From an uncultured Candidatus Binatia bacterium (lineage in GTDB: Bacteria; Desulfobacterota; Binatia; Bin18), in assembly GCA_965200355.1 (NCBI GenBank), contig OZ241351.1, positions 1,564,163 through 1,628,162 of the forward strand: a stretch of DNA of 64,000 bases. The letters run 5' to 3'. Below are positions 47,803 through 57,530 of this stretch, one piece after another. A model generated the notes under the pieces. The model was not told the DNA's origin, did not search any database, and saw only the letters and a list, made by a program, of their open reading frames with translations. Position numbers and translations under genes: made by a program. The stretch's first letter is position 1. Each line of letters opens with the position of its first letter.

Positions 47803-48045
47803 TTATCTTTTTGAAGCAGGTTGGAGGCTTGGGATAACAATAATCCGCTCTTCGTTTGTTTCTGGATTCCGTACCACGACCTCGGTGTAGCCCTGGCCTG
47901 CTTGTACCTGCAATGCACGACTGATTTGGAGTGATTCACGAACCGAGTCTGCCATTGAGGCAAAATGACCCTGCTCGGTGATATTCTTCAGGCTATCCAA
48001 ACTCCGCTCATCAAAGCTAAAAACAACACGACGAGTCTTTGGCAT
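47803..48045 (-). CDS. Small hypothetical protein (possible ribbon-helix-helix DNA-binding fold) in a low-GC islet
   Basis: 80 aa; N-terminal RVVFSFDERSLDSL looks like a beta-strand followed by helices. Local GC ~48% against ~63% for the window. Confidence 0.3.
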   Translation of the reverse strand: MPKTRRVVFSFDERSLDSLKNITEQGHFASMADSVRESLQISRALQVQAGQGYTEVVVRNPETNEERIIVIPSLQPASKR

Positions 48046-48170
48046 ACTGTTCCCCCTTATTATGTCTATAAGGTAGTCTGTATTGATATTAAATTGTTAA
48101 GCAATAGATATCAAATGAGATGTCGATGTAGACGTGTGGCTATTCTCCCCTTCACCATGCCTCCTCCGCT

Positions 48171-49478
48171 TCACGGCTTTATCAAGCCAATCACGTATTC
48201 CTGGTGCATTCGTTCCTCGATTTGTGAATGTCTTTGTGACCCCCAGCGGGCCGGCATCATGCGTTTGTCGCGGGCCAGATGGCGAACGCCAATGCCGGTC
48301 AACTCAAAGCCAACTTTTTCACCGAGGGCGGCCAAGCCTTTATGGGTTTCGACATCCAGACCGCGGAGGTTTGAGGTGCCAACAACAATCACTGCTGGCT
48401 TGCCTTTTTTCAAAACGCGCCCCATCTCCCCGATTACCGCGGCCATCTCACCGAAATAGCGCCGCAGGGCCGCGGCCTTTTTTGCGTCTCGTTCGGCCAG
48501 TTGTGTCAGCGTTGTTTCGCATTGTCGGGGTAAATCGTTGAATTGAGTCGGGCCGGCCGTGTCGTGTCCTAGATAGTGCGCGCGAATCCTGGACAGGGTG
48601 TCGATAGGCCAACCAAACCAGACCAGCGAGAACTTATGCGCCCGCATGTAATCAATCGCGTTGTTGGCATAGGGTGGTGAGGTCACGATGAGATCAACGC
48701 TGGCAGACGGCAAGCCAGTGTTGGCCGCGCCGGCCGCCAGAACGCGGGCAGGGTGCTGTGGTGTCGTCGTATAGGCGGCATTGGTGCTGAGGGTCTGTTT
48801 CAGTCGCTTGGTGAATTCGACGAACCCCGAGTTGGGTTTTTTGTCAACGACCCTATGCGGGCGCGTATGCGCCAAGTCGCGGGCCAGCGAAACGCCGCCG
48901 GATTTTGCAATAATGGTTGACGAAAAAACAATCTTGAAGAAAGTTTGCAGCCCCTCTGGTTGGACTTTTTCGATGCCTTGCAACAGCGCGAGGAGTTCCA
49001 ACTGCTGTTGGGGGACAAACCAGAAATCAATAAACGCGCGCGTTTTCGGATCAAAACGCCGGTCCAGGGCGTATTCCAGTTGGTCACGGTCTCGGTGCAG
49101 GGCACGTTGGGCTGCATGGATCAACCCGGTTCCGGTTTCCCATGCGTAGGCTGCGTTGACAGGACGCAGCTTGGCCGTCGCAATCAGGCGCGCGAGGGGG
49201 TCAATATCACAGCCGATGGCCCGCCGGCCCAGACGCGCGGCCTCTACCAGGGTCGTGCCTGAGCCGGACATGGGATCAAGCACGACCTCGCCGGCGTCCG
49301 TGAAAGATTCGATGAAAAACTGTGGGAGTTGTGGCGGAAATTTAGCGGGAAAGGGATGCCACGTATGAGTGGTGTGCTTTTGGTTTGCGCCGTGGAAATC
49401 CAGGTCGGCGCGTAAGGCTGCCGGCAAGCGGGTACGGCAATGAGCGTGCAGACGGTTTCCTGGAGTACTCGTCATCTC
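48171..49478 (-). CDS. DNA amino-methyltransferase (N6-adenine or N4-cytosine; motif I then motif IV order, alpha-class), apparently orphan
   Basis: Start set at MTSTPGN; the upstream part of the ORF is low-complexity and overlaps the protease gene. Motif I DPMSGSGTT, motif IV SPPY (IVTSPPYANNAIDY). No restriction-endonuclease candidate adjacent. Confidence 0.7.
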   Translation of the reverse strand, partial: EMTSTPGNRLHAHCRTRLPAALRADLDFHGANQKHTTHTWHPFPAKFPPQLPQFFIESFTDAGEVVLDPMSGSGTTLVEAARLGRRAIGCDIDPLARLIATAKLRPVNAAYAWETGTGLIHAAQRALHRDRDQLEYALDRRFDPKTRAFIDFWFVPQQQLELLALLQGIEKVQPEGLQTFFKIVFSSTIIAKSGGVSLARDLAHTRPHRVVDKKPNSGFVEFTKRLKQTLSTNAAYTTTPQHPARVLAAGAANTGLPSASVDLIVTSPPYANNAIDYMRAHKFSLVWFGWPIDTLSRIRAHYLGHDTAGPTQFNDLPRQCETTLTQLAERDAKKAAALRRYFGEMAAVIGEMGRVLKKGKPAVIVVGTSNLRGLDVETHKGLAALGEKVGFELTGIGVRHLARDKRMMPARWGSQRHSQIEERMHQEYVIGLIKP

Positions 49479-49587
49479 GGAGGTGGTAAGCAGCTTTTTG
49501 TTTATCGGACCGTCGGGACCAGGCCTGAATTGCCCCGACGGCGGGAAAACCGTGCACAATGGAGCGTCAGGCGGTGAAACCGAGGAG

Positions 49588-50622
49588 CTACGTTGCCTGG
49601 AGCGCTTCTGCACTATCCGGGTTTTTGGGGGTGGGGGCCGGACGAAAATACCGCTCTCTGTCCGAGGAACGCACGGTAACGTCTTTGATCTCGGTCCCGT
49701 GGAGGAGGGTGAGGGTGATATCGGCCCCGGCCTCCCCAACCGCCCACAGCTTGCGATAGAAGTCGGCTTGGTCTTTGACCGGCTGACCGGCAACCTTGAG
49801 GACCAAATCGTTGATCTGCACCCCGGCTTGCTCTGCCGGCCCGTCCGGTGCCACAAACATGATAATCAGCTTATCGCGGAACTCCTCGGTAAAGAGTCCG
49901 AGCCAGGGCCGCGGGGCGGCCTTGGTGCGGCCGGTCCGAATCAGGTCGGTGAGGATGGGCTTGAGATGGTCAATCGGCACAAACATATTCCCGGCCAAAG
50001 ACTCCCGGCCGGGCAGGGCGTCATTGACTAACAGCGAGCCAATGCCCAGCAGCTTGCCGTCCGGTCCAATCAGCGCAGCGCCGGCATAGCGGGGATGTGG
50101 CGGGGCGGTGAAAATGGCGTCTTCGAGCAGGTATTCCCAATAGCCGGCAAATTCTCGCCGTGAGGTCACCAAAGTCGGGCGGACCGAAGCCGCATTGCTG
50201 TCGCTGGCAATAATGACTTCTGTCCGCTCAGCCAAGTCGGCAGACCTGCCAAGTGGCATGGGGGTCACGTTGAGGGGTTCGTTGGCGCGTAAAAGACCAA
50301 AACCGGTTTGGGTGTCATGGGCCACAACGGTGGCCAGGATGGGTTTCCCGTCTATGCCCGTGACCTCAACCCGGCGGGCTTCCATGACCAAATAGCCGAT
50401 GGTGAGAATATGCCCCTGGGTATCAATGACCACGCCGCTCCCGCTCCGTTGTTCCCCAAGAAACTGGGCCGTGCGCGCACTGGCCGGGACCTCAGCCCGA
50501 ATCGTCACCATGGCGGACAGGACATCGCTGGCGACGGGCTCCGGAACGGCCAACTGCGGGCTGAACACCGGGGTCAGGAGACCGACCCAGAACAGCAGTA
50601 ACGACGATGGGCGGGTATTCAT
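49588..50622 (-). CDS. HtrA/DegP-like trypsin-fold periplasmic protein with one PDZ domain; catalytic Ser (and probably Asp) substituted
   Basis: Signal peptide, trypsin-fold, PDZ (GVQINDLVLKVAGQPV). The position aligned to GNSGGPL reads YAGAALIGP (Ser to Ala). Confidence 0.55.
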   Translation of the reverse strand: MNTRPSSLLLFWVGLLTPVFSPQLAVPEPVASDVLSAMVTIRAEVPASARTAQFLGEQRSGSGVVIDTQGHILTIGYLVMEARRVEVTGIDGKPILATVVAHDTQTGFGLLRANEPLNVTPMPLGRSADLAERTEVIIASDSNAASVRPTLVTSRREFAGYWEYLLEDAIFTAPPHPRYAGAALIGPDGKLLGIGSLLVNDALPGRESLAGNMFVPIDHLKPILTDLIRTGRTKAAPRPWLGLFTEEFRDKLIIMFVAPDGPAEQAGVQINDLVLKVAGQPVKDQADFYRKLWAVGEAGADITLTLLHGTEIKDVTVRSSDRERYFRPAPTPKNPDSAEALQAT

Positions 50623-50624
50623 AA

Positions 50625-51641
50625 TCAGACTCTCTGTGCAGACTGCTCTGCTTCTAGCGCCAGGTTTGTGGAAGAGTCAAGAGTGAGGCCGGGCGAGAGA
50701 GGCTGCTCGGCAGCATGGTGGAAACTGGCTGTTTTCGGGTCATACCCGCGGGCGGTCAGGGTGATCTGAAAACGCGGTCGCCCGTTCGCCGTGCCGTATG
50801 ACACGATCCGATACAAGTGGTAGCGTGAGCGCCGCTGTGGCCGCCGACCAATCGCCGCGGAGGCGGGGACCCCGACAACCGGAATCGGCCCCCAGGGTCC
50901 GGGGATACTCGCCCTGACGGTGCGGTGCACATGGCCGTGCAGAATAAGCTCCGCGCCAGTTTTGGCGAGCACGGCCCGTAAGTCAGCCGCGTCGGTGAGG
51001 CGGCGGCGGGCCGTGAGGGCGATGGGTTGGGGCGGATGGTGAATGAGCACGACCCGACACAAGGGCGTGTTTGCCAAGGCGTGCAGGAGCCGCTCAAGTC
51101 GGTCGAGTTGCGTTTGACCGACCGTGCCTGAAGCAGAGAAGGGGGCTGTTGCGCGCGCGGTTGAGACGCCGACCAGGGCGACCGGTCCGCAGGTCCGCAG
51201 GGTTGGAAACTCGGTTGGCGGAAAGTCTGGGGGCAGCCGCGTCGGACCTGACCACGTATCCGGCAGGATATGCGAGCGCATATAGTCGCCCCAATATGCC
51301 CACGGACAAGATTCGCTCCGGCGCGTATAGGTGTCATGGTTGCCGGGGATCAGGGAAACGCGCTGTGGGCCGCCCATTTTTTGCAACCACGGGAGGGAGG
51401 CGGAGAACTCGTCTTCGAGCGCCACATTCGTCAGGTCGCCGGTAATGACCACATGGCCCGGCCCTTGGGTGTGTAAATCGTCAATCAGCGCGGCCAGGAC
51501 TTCGGGGCGGTATTCCTTGCGACGCCGCAAGGACCACGACACGACGCCCAAGACGCGCTTGTTCAGAATATCTCCGGGACGCCGGACCCGGACCGGGGTG
51601 ACGTGCAGGTCTGATAAATGGGCAAGCGTAAAGGCTGGCAT
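50625..51641 (-). CDS. Calcineurin-like metallophosphoesterase
   Basis: LSDLHV...VVITGDLTN...GNHD...HGHVH motif series. Confidence 0.8.
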   Translation of the reverse strand: MPAFTLAHLSDLHVTPVRVRRPGDILNKRVLGVVSWSLRRRKEYRPEVLAALIDDLHTQGPGHVVITGDLTNVALEDEFSASLPWLQKMGGPQRVSLIPGNHDTYTRRSESCPWAYWGDYMRSHILPDTWSGPTRLPPDFPPTEFPTLRTCGPVALVGVSTARATAPFSASGTVGQTQLDRLERLLHALANTPLCRVVLIHHPPQPIALTARRRLTDAADLRAVLAKTGAELILHGHVHRTVRASIPGPWGPIPVVGVPASAAIGRRPQRRSRYHLYRIVSYGTANGRPRFQITLTARGYDPKTASFHHAAEQPLSPGLTLDSSTNLALEAEQSAQRV

Positions 51642-51779
51642 GGTGTGTTGCTCCAGATGGTGCTCTCCAATCTATACCACCTCTCTGGCGTATGATAAGA
51701 CCGCCCGGCCGGGGGCAGCAGCTCGGGGTGACGACTGGCCGGCGGTGGTCAAGTTGCTCGGTGACGCAGAGGAGCGAGA

Positions 51780-53015
51780 TTGATGAAGCCGATGGCGGGA
51801 GCCGGGCGGGTGCAGGTATGGCTCGCCGAACAATCAGAGGCCGGAGCGCAGGCTGAAAACGCTGCCACGATTCCGGTCGAAGTGTGGGGCCTCTCACCGG
51901 TAGAACGCCTCCGGCGCACCCTCCGGGCCGCGGGGGTGCCTGAGGCGCAGATTGCAACAGGCCCACGCCGTCCTCCGGTTCCCCCTGACAGCCCCCTCCT
52001 CGTTTTTCGTACCGATTATGTTTTTGACGAGCGCTTAATCCGCGTATTGCTGAAGAAGAGTCTTGAGCGGAGCGGTGGCCGTAGCCTGGCGCTCGTCGAT
52101 CCCGATACCCCCGCAAGCATTGTCGCGCTTGTGACATCAGGCAGTCAGACCGGAGCGCTGCCGGCCGGCCCGACCGGTATGGATGCAGTGCCGCGGGAAC
52201 ACCTGCACTGCCGAGTGCCGAATGACCTTGTTGCTGCCTATTCTTCGGCCCTGCGTAAATACGACCCACCCTATCTTCTCCGGGTGGGGGCGCACTCACG
52301 GACCCAGATTGAAAATCATCTGTTTCGGGCGTCGTATAAGGGGATTACCGACGTGGTGACCAAATGGGTCTGGCCGCTGCCGGCCCGCGCTGTGACGCGC
52401 CGGCTCGCCCGCGCCCATGTTGCGCCCAATATCGTGACCGGGCTGAGTTGGCTGCTGGTGAGTGTCACGACCTGGCTCTTTGTTGAGGGACAATTTGGCT
52501 CTGGCTTAGTATGTGCCTGGCTCATGACCTTTTTGGATACCGTGGATGGCAAGCTGGCCCGCGTCACCTGCACCACAAGTCGAATGGGCCATGTGCTGGA
52601 CCACGGCCTTGACCTCATCCACCCGCCATTCTGGTATATCGCCTGGGCGACGGGCCTGGCCGGCAGTTTTTCTTCGGCCCTGCTCTGGCAGGAGCCGGTC
52701 GTGGCGATTATCGTTGGCGGGTATCTGCTCGGACGGCTTCTCGAAGGGCTCTTTTTGCTGGTGTTTCACCTGGAAATTCACTCGTGGCGGCCCATTGATT
52801 CGTTTTTTCGGACCATTACCGCCCGCCGGAATCCGAACCTGATTCTCTTGACGCTCGGGACCCTGGCCGGTCGTCCCGACCTGGGCTTCTGGCTGGTGGC
52901 GGTCTGGACCGTCTGTTCTCTGGGGTTTCACACGCTGCGCCTGGGCCAAGCCTGTGTGCAACGCTGGCGTGGCCGGCCGATTCACACCTGGCAGGAAGTC
53001 GGGAGGCCGGCATGA
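51780..53015 (+). CDS. CDP-alcohol phosphatidyltransferase-family membrane protein with N-terminal NTP-transferase-like domain, copy 2 (paralog of 44879..46123)
   Basis: DTVDGKLARVTCTTSRMGHVLDHGLDLIHP motif. Overall collinear similarity to copy 1 (FRASYKGITDVVTKWVWP vs FWSNYKGSTDFFTKYVYP). Confidence 0.65.
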   Translation: MMKPMAGAGRVQVWLAEQSEAGAQAENAATIPVEVWGLSPVERLRRTLRAAGVPEAQIATGPRRPPVPPDSPLLVFRTDYVFDERLIRVLLKKSLERSGGRSLALVDPDTPASIVALVTSGSQTGALPAGPTGMDAVPREHLHCRVPNDLVAAYSSALRKYDPPYLLRVGAHSRTQIENHLFRASYKGITDVVTKWVWPLPARAVTRRLARAHVAPNIVTGLSWLLVSVTTWLFVEGQFGSGLVCAWLMTFLDTVDGKLARVTCTTSRMGHVLDHGLDLIHPPFWYIAWATGLAGSFSSALLWQEPVVAIIVGGYLLGRLLEGLFLLVFHLEIHSWRPIDSFFRTITARRNPNLILLTLGTLAGRPDLGFWLVAVWTVCSLGFHTLRLGQACVQRWRGRPIHTWQEVGRPA

Positions 53016-53111
53016 GGCACAAGGGGGCGGCGCATGGGGCCCAGCGCCGGCCGTATCAGCCAGGAATGACGCTTGTGGACAGCATAGGTCGATCTGTATT
53101 CCGGGGCTTCC

Positions 53112-54089
53112 GTGCGACTCGGGCTGTTCAGTAATTGTCAGGCCGGTCTGAGCCGGGGGTCTCTGGGGGCGGTTCAACAGGCCCTCAAGCACGCGCCCGA
53201 GGTCGTGCATGTGACAACGCGGTCGAGCGCAGAGGTGCCCGAAGCGCTGGCCGACCTCGCTCGCCGGGGTGTGACGCTCCTTGCGGTGAATGGCGGAGAT
53301 GGCACGCTGCAACGTGTCTTGACTGAGGTGCTGACCGGCTCGGCCTTTGAACCGCTGCCGGCGATTGCGCCGTTGCCTGGCGGACGAACAAATATGAGCG
53401 CCGCGGACATGGGCAGTACGGCGTCGCCGGCCGCTGGACTTATGGCGTTAATCCGCGCGTTGCGGACCAATACGCTGGAGCAGCGGGTCGTGCGCCGGCC
53501 GGTCTTGCGCGTCGCCTGCGGCCCGGACACGAGCCCGCAGTATGGTCTGTTTTTCGGTGCGGGGGTGATCCAGCGAGCGCTCGCCTTGAAGCATCGGCTC
53601 TATCCCAAACGGCGTTTGCAGGGCCTGTTCGGGGCCGGACTCTTTTTAGGCGGGGCCCTGCTGCGGGTGGCGAGCGGTGCCCCCAGCGGCACGTTTGCCC
53701 CAGATGATATTGGCTTGGCGTTTGACCAGCGGGCCAAGGAGCCGTTCAGCGAGCAGCTGGCACCACAGCCGTTGCAACTCGTGATGGCAACCACGCTGCA
53801 CCGGCTCTTCCTGCGGCTCTGTCCGTTTTGGGGAACCGAAGCGGCCCCGCTTCGGTTTACTGCCATTGCGGCACATGCCGCCCGGAGCCCGGTTGCTGTC
53901 TGGAAGGTCTTACGTGGGCTGCCCCCGCCGCGGTTTGCGCTGGACTCGGGCTATTGCAGTCACAATGTGGAGCAGCTGACCGTGCGCCTGGATTGCGGTT
54001 TTACCATTGATGGCGAACTCTTTGAGCCGCAGCTGGGTCGGACCCTGCATCTTGCGACCGACCAGCGCCTCCGTTTTATTCGCGCCTAA
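53112..54089 (+). CDS. DAGK_cat/YegS-family lipid kinase (diacylglycerol / sphingoid-base / ceramide kinase-like)
   Basis: LAVNGGDGTLQRVL motif, which is the catalytic GGDG loop. GTG start. Confidence 0.7.
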   Translation: MRLGLFSNCQAGLSRGSLGAVQQALKHAPEVVHVTTRSSAEVPEALADLARRGVTLLAVNGGDGTLQRVLTEVLTGSAFEPLPAIAPLPGGRTNMSAADMGSTASPAAGLMALIRALRTNTLEQRVVRRPVLRVACGPDTSPQYGLFFGAGVIQRALALKHRLYPKRRLQGLFGAGLFLGGALLRVASGAPSGTFAPDDIGLAFDQRAKEPFSEQLAPQPLQLVMATTLHRLFLRLCPFWGTEAAPLRFTAIAAHAARSPVAVWKVLRGLPPPRFALDSGYCSHNVEQLTVRLDCGFTIDGELFEPQLGRTLHLATDQRLRFIRA

Positions 54090-54103
54090 GTAGGCGAGAC
54101 AGT

Positions 54104-55087
54104 ATGCGAGATGACGTGCACGCACCCCTGCCGGCTCTGACCGCCCTCTTGGCTCAAGAGTGGACCCAGCCGGTGCCTGAAGCCGCCCACGTCGTGGCCG
54201 CCGCAATTCAACAGCGTCATGCCGAGGCAATAGATGCCGTACTGTTTTACGGTTCCTGCCTCCGCACTCAGCAGACTGCCGACGCGGTGCTCGACTTTTA
54301 CGTGCTCGTCCGCTCGTACCGGTCTTGCTATGACAGGCGGCTGCTCAGATGGCTGAACGCCCTGCTGCCGCCAAATGTGTTCTATATTGAGGCCAGGCAG
54401 GGGAGGCGGACGCTACGGGCGAAATACGCGGTGATCTCGACCGCGGATTTCGAGCGGGCGACGACTCCAACCGCTGTCCCCGCTCTGATCTGGGCCCGCT
54501 TCTGTCAGCCAGCCCGGCTCGTGTTTGTACGTAGCGAGGAAGTGCGGGAGCGCGTCATACACGCCGCAACACAAGCGACGCTGACCTTTCTTTCGCGCGC
54601 GGTTCTCTTTTTTGCGCAGCGTGACTTGCGTCGCCCTTTTCACTTGGCTGACCTGTGGCAGAGGGGATTTCGAGAGACGTATCGGACCGAGCTGCGGACC
54701 GAACGGCCGGAAACCATCCGGGCATTATACGCCGCCTGGCCGGAACGCTACGACCGAATCGCACGCTTGGGGCTCAAACTGCTGGAGCAGCAGGAGAGAT
54801 GGGCCTGTCAAGAACGCGCTGGACGATGGGCGGTTGCGCTGCCACGGCGGACCCGCTGGGCCGGCCGGGTCAGTTGGGCCGGCCGGGCGACCGGAGCAAA
54901 ATGCCTGTATGCGGTGCGGCTCCTCAAAACCGCGCTGACCTTTGACGATTGGCTGCCCTATGTCTTATGGAAACTGGGCCGGCATAGCGGGGTCTGGGTG
55001 GAACTGTCAGAGCGACAGCGACGTTACCCCCTGCTCTTCGGCTGGCCGGTATTGTTCAGGCTTCTTCGCCAACGTGCTCTGCGTTAA
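54104..55087 (+). CDS. Hypothetical protein; possible nucleotidyltransferase-fold (Tam41/Mmp37-like phosphatidate cytidylyltransferase) protein
   Basis: AVLFYGSCLR...VLDFYVLV resembles a minimal hG[GS]...D NTase motif. Assignment is weak. Confidence 0.25.
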   Translation: MRDDVHAPLPALTALLAQEWTQPVPEAAHVVAAAIQQRHAEAIDAVLFYGSCLRTQQTADAVLDFYVLVRSYRSCYDRRLLRWLNALLPPNVFYIEARQGRRTLRAKYAVISTADFERATTPTAVPALIWARFCQPARLVFVRSEEVRERVIHAATQATLTFLSRAVLFFAQRDLRRPFHLADLWQRGFRETYRTELRTERPETIRALYAAWPERYDRIARLGLKLLEQQERWACQERAGRWAVALPRRTRWAGRVSWAGRATGAKCLYAVRLLKTALTFDDWLPYVLWKLGRHSGVWVELSERQRRYPLLFGWPVLFRLLRQRALR

Positions 55088-56192
55088 GCGGGGCAGCGCG
55101 CCGCCGGCCCATCCGGGCGACCAGATGCCTGAGGGCCGAGAGAATACCGCGTTCACTCGTCTGCTGATAAACACTCGCGGGAGAGAGTTCCCCTTGCAAT
55201 TGCCGATGGAGCCGACCGAGATGATGGTAGGGGACATTGGGTAAGAGATGGTGGAGGGCGTGATAGCGGAGACCCACCGGAGCGGCAAGAACGGTGAAGA
55301 CTGGCCAGCCACATAGATTGACGGAATCGAGCAGTTGTTCGGTGATATTCAACCGCCGTCCGGTATGGTCATACCGATGCGCGGCTAAGGTTCGGATTTG
55401 GTTGACGATCAACATGCCGGCCGTCACGATATACCACTGCACGAGCCAGACCCCAGGGATCTGTCCAGCATACCAGCTTACGCCCACCAGCCAGGCGACC
55501 AGCGCGGCTGCCCATTCTTGACTGCGCCACCGTCGTCGATACTGCCTCCCCGGCAGGGGGCGGCGATACGCAACATTGATCACCAGGGTTGAAGCCCGCT
55601 GAATAACGATCTTGCGCAACGGAGGAATCACTGATGAAAGAGGACCGATGATCCCCCAGCGCAGCGGCAACAAAAGTGGCACAACGCAGACGCTCAGCAC
55701 AAACCAGACCAAGCCGAGAGGAGTGCCATGAGCGAGCGGCATATATTCGGGGTCGCCGACTGTTCCGAAGGTGTGAGAGCGGTGATGGTCTCCATGTGCA
55801 CCCACATACATGAGACTCGGCAGCATGACCGGCAGACCGACCACGGCGTGCCAGGCGATTTCAAAACCAGGCAGGCTGCCCCGCTTCTGGTGGGCAATTT
55901 CATGAATGAATAAGGCCGCGCGGAGAAGGGCCAGGAGAGCCACGCTCGTCGCGGCGCAATAGGCCGGAGAGCCAAATGAGTGCTGGACGCTCAACCAAAA
56001 GGCCGTCCAGCCCACAAGAGAAGACAGCAAAAGGTCCAGCCAATAGAGGCCGGCCTTGGGCCGGAATATGGAGGCAAAGCGCTTCCGTATCTGCGCGGCG
56101 AACTGCTCGTCCGCTACTTCGCCAAGACCTTCGTTTTGAAATGCCACAGGATGAATGCTCCGGTTTGACCTTGGGCTCTGCCGCCTCATCAT
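55056..56192 (-). CDS. Membrane fatty-acid/sphingolipid desaturase family protein
   Basis: Three His boxes (HEIAHQ, HGDHHRSH, HALHHLLPNVPYHH) with 4 TM helices. Confidence 0.8.
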   Translation of the reverse strand: MMRRQSPRSNRSIHPVAFQNEGLGEVADEQFAAQIRKRFASIFRPKAGLYWLDLLLSSLVGWTAFWLSVQHSFGSPAYCAATSVALLALLRAALFIHEIAHQKRGSLPGFEIAWHAVVGLPVMLPSLMYVGAHGDHHRSHTFGTVGDPEYMPLAHGTPLGLVWFVLSVCVVPLLLPLRWGIIGPLSSVIPPLRKIVIQRASTLVINVAYRRPLPGRQYRRRWRSQEWAAALVAWLVGVSWYAGQIPGVWLVQWYIVTAGMLIVNQIRTLAAHRYDHTGRRLNITEQLLDSVNLCGWPVFTVLAAPVGLRYHALHHLLPNVPYHHLGRLHRQLQGELSPASVYQQTSERGILSALRHLVARMGRRRAAPLNAEHVGEEA

Positions 56193-56383
56193 ACAGGAGC
56201 CTCTATAAGAGCGACCGGAACAGCCCTGTCAAGAGCAGAGGGTTAAGAGCGAAGGGTCAAGAGCGAAGGGTGAATCGATGGGGAAGCCTCTGAGGAACAG
56301 CGTCATTCTCAGGCAGGCACGCGGCTGGCTGTGTTGCCCCTTGGTTAAAAGGGAGAAATCTGTTATCTAGCGTCCGACTTTAC

Positions 56384-57433
56384 ATGATTCGAGTTACCGT
56401 GAGCACCCGAGCAATAACACCCCGCGCCCCGCTGGTGAAGGCTGGGACCCGCATTCTTGTGACCGGAGGAACTGGCTTTATTGGCTCGCACCTTGTGGAT
56501 GCGCTCATCGAACAGGGCGTCCGGCCGCGGGTGCTCGTTCGCCCGACGAGTGATCCCGCCCGCCTCGCTCACGAGCAGACCGGTAAGGTCGAGTTGGTCG
56601 CGGGGGCACTCGAAGACCCCGACAGCCTGGCACGGGCGGTCTCTCAAGTTGATACCGTCTTTCATCTTGCCGCGGTGACAAAGGCGCACACAGAAGAGGC
56701 GTATCTGGGCGCGAATGCTGAAGGAACGCAGCGGCTCGTTCAGGCCATGCGGGCCGCACAGCCGCGCCCGCAGCGTCTTGTCTATCTCAGTTCACTGGCC
56801 GCCGCGGGTCCGGCTCAGGCCGGTCGGCCGGTTGAACCGCACGATACCCCCTCCCCCATTACCGCCTATGGACGCAGTAAGCTCGTCGGGGAACGAGCCT
56901 GCTTGGCCGCGTCCGATACTTTCGAGGTCGTCGCCTTACGGGCGCCGGTTGTGTACGGTCCACGAGAAAAAGACTTTTTTTTGCTCTTTCGTCTGGCCTC
57001 TCGGGGCCTTTTGCCAACGCCAACAGGACCGGATGGTGTGGTGCAGCTTGTCCATGTGACGGATTTGGTCCAAGCCCTGCTCCGTGCGGCTCTCATGCCT
57101 GAGGCGCGCGGGGTCTATCACGTGGCGGAATCCCGTCCCTATGCCTGGGGTGAGATTGCGGCCTATTTGGGTCAGGCCGTTGGGCGTTCGGTTCGTCTGG
57201 TCCGTATCCCACGATTGCTGGTGCGAATGGCGGCAACGGTCAGCGAAGGAGGCGCAGCCGTCCTCGGGCGCGCAACGATATTCAACCGTGAAAAAGTCAA
57301 GGAACTCCTGGTTCCTGGCTGGCTGTGCGAAACCGCGCTGGCCAAGCAAGAGTTAGGATTTGAGGCGCAGATCCCGCTGGCCACCGGATTTGCGGCAACC
57401 GCGGCATGGTACAAACAACAGAAATGGTTATAG
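56384..57433 (+). CDS. NAD(P)-dependent epimerase/dehydratase-family (extended SDR) protein; candidate CerR-type ketosphinganine/ceramide reductase
   Basis: ILVTGGTGFIGSHLV Rossmann motif; 349 aa. Immediately upstream of the Spt and GNAT genes. Confidence 0.75.
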   Translation: MIRVTVSTRAITPRAPLVKAGTRILVTGGTGFIGSHLVDALIEQGVRPRVLVRPTSDPARLAHEQTGKVELVAGALEDPDSLARAVSQVDTVFHLAAVTKAHTEEAYLGANAEGTQRLVQAMRAAQPRPQRLVYLSSLAAAGPAQAGRPVEPHDTPSPITAYGRSKLVGERACLAASDTFEVVALRAPVVYGPREKDFFLLFRLASRGLLPTPTGPDGVVQLVHVTDLVQALLRAALMPEARGVYHVAESRPYAWGEIAAYLGQAVGRSVRLVRIPRLLVRMAATVSEGGAAVLGRATIFNREKVKELLVPGWLCETALAKQELGFEAQIPLATGFAATAAWYKQQKWL

Positions 57434-57530
57434 CGAACACCGTCATTGGGCTTGGGGGATTGAGGTGAAACCGGGACCGCAACATGTCATGCAAACTGAC
57501 AATCGAGGATGTCACGGAGAGGGGGACGGG

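Noticed and set aside
48171-49856. Full 561-aa ORF for the methyltransferase
   Set aside because: The first ~125 codons are Pro/Ser/Arg-rich low-complexity sequence overlapping the convergent protease gene. An internal Met immediately precedes the conserved MTase domain.
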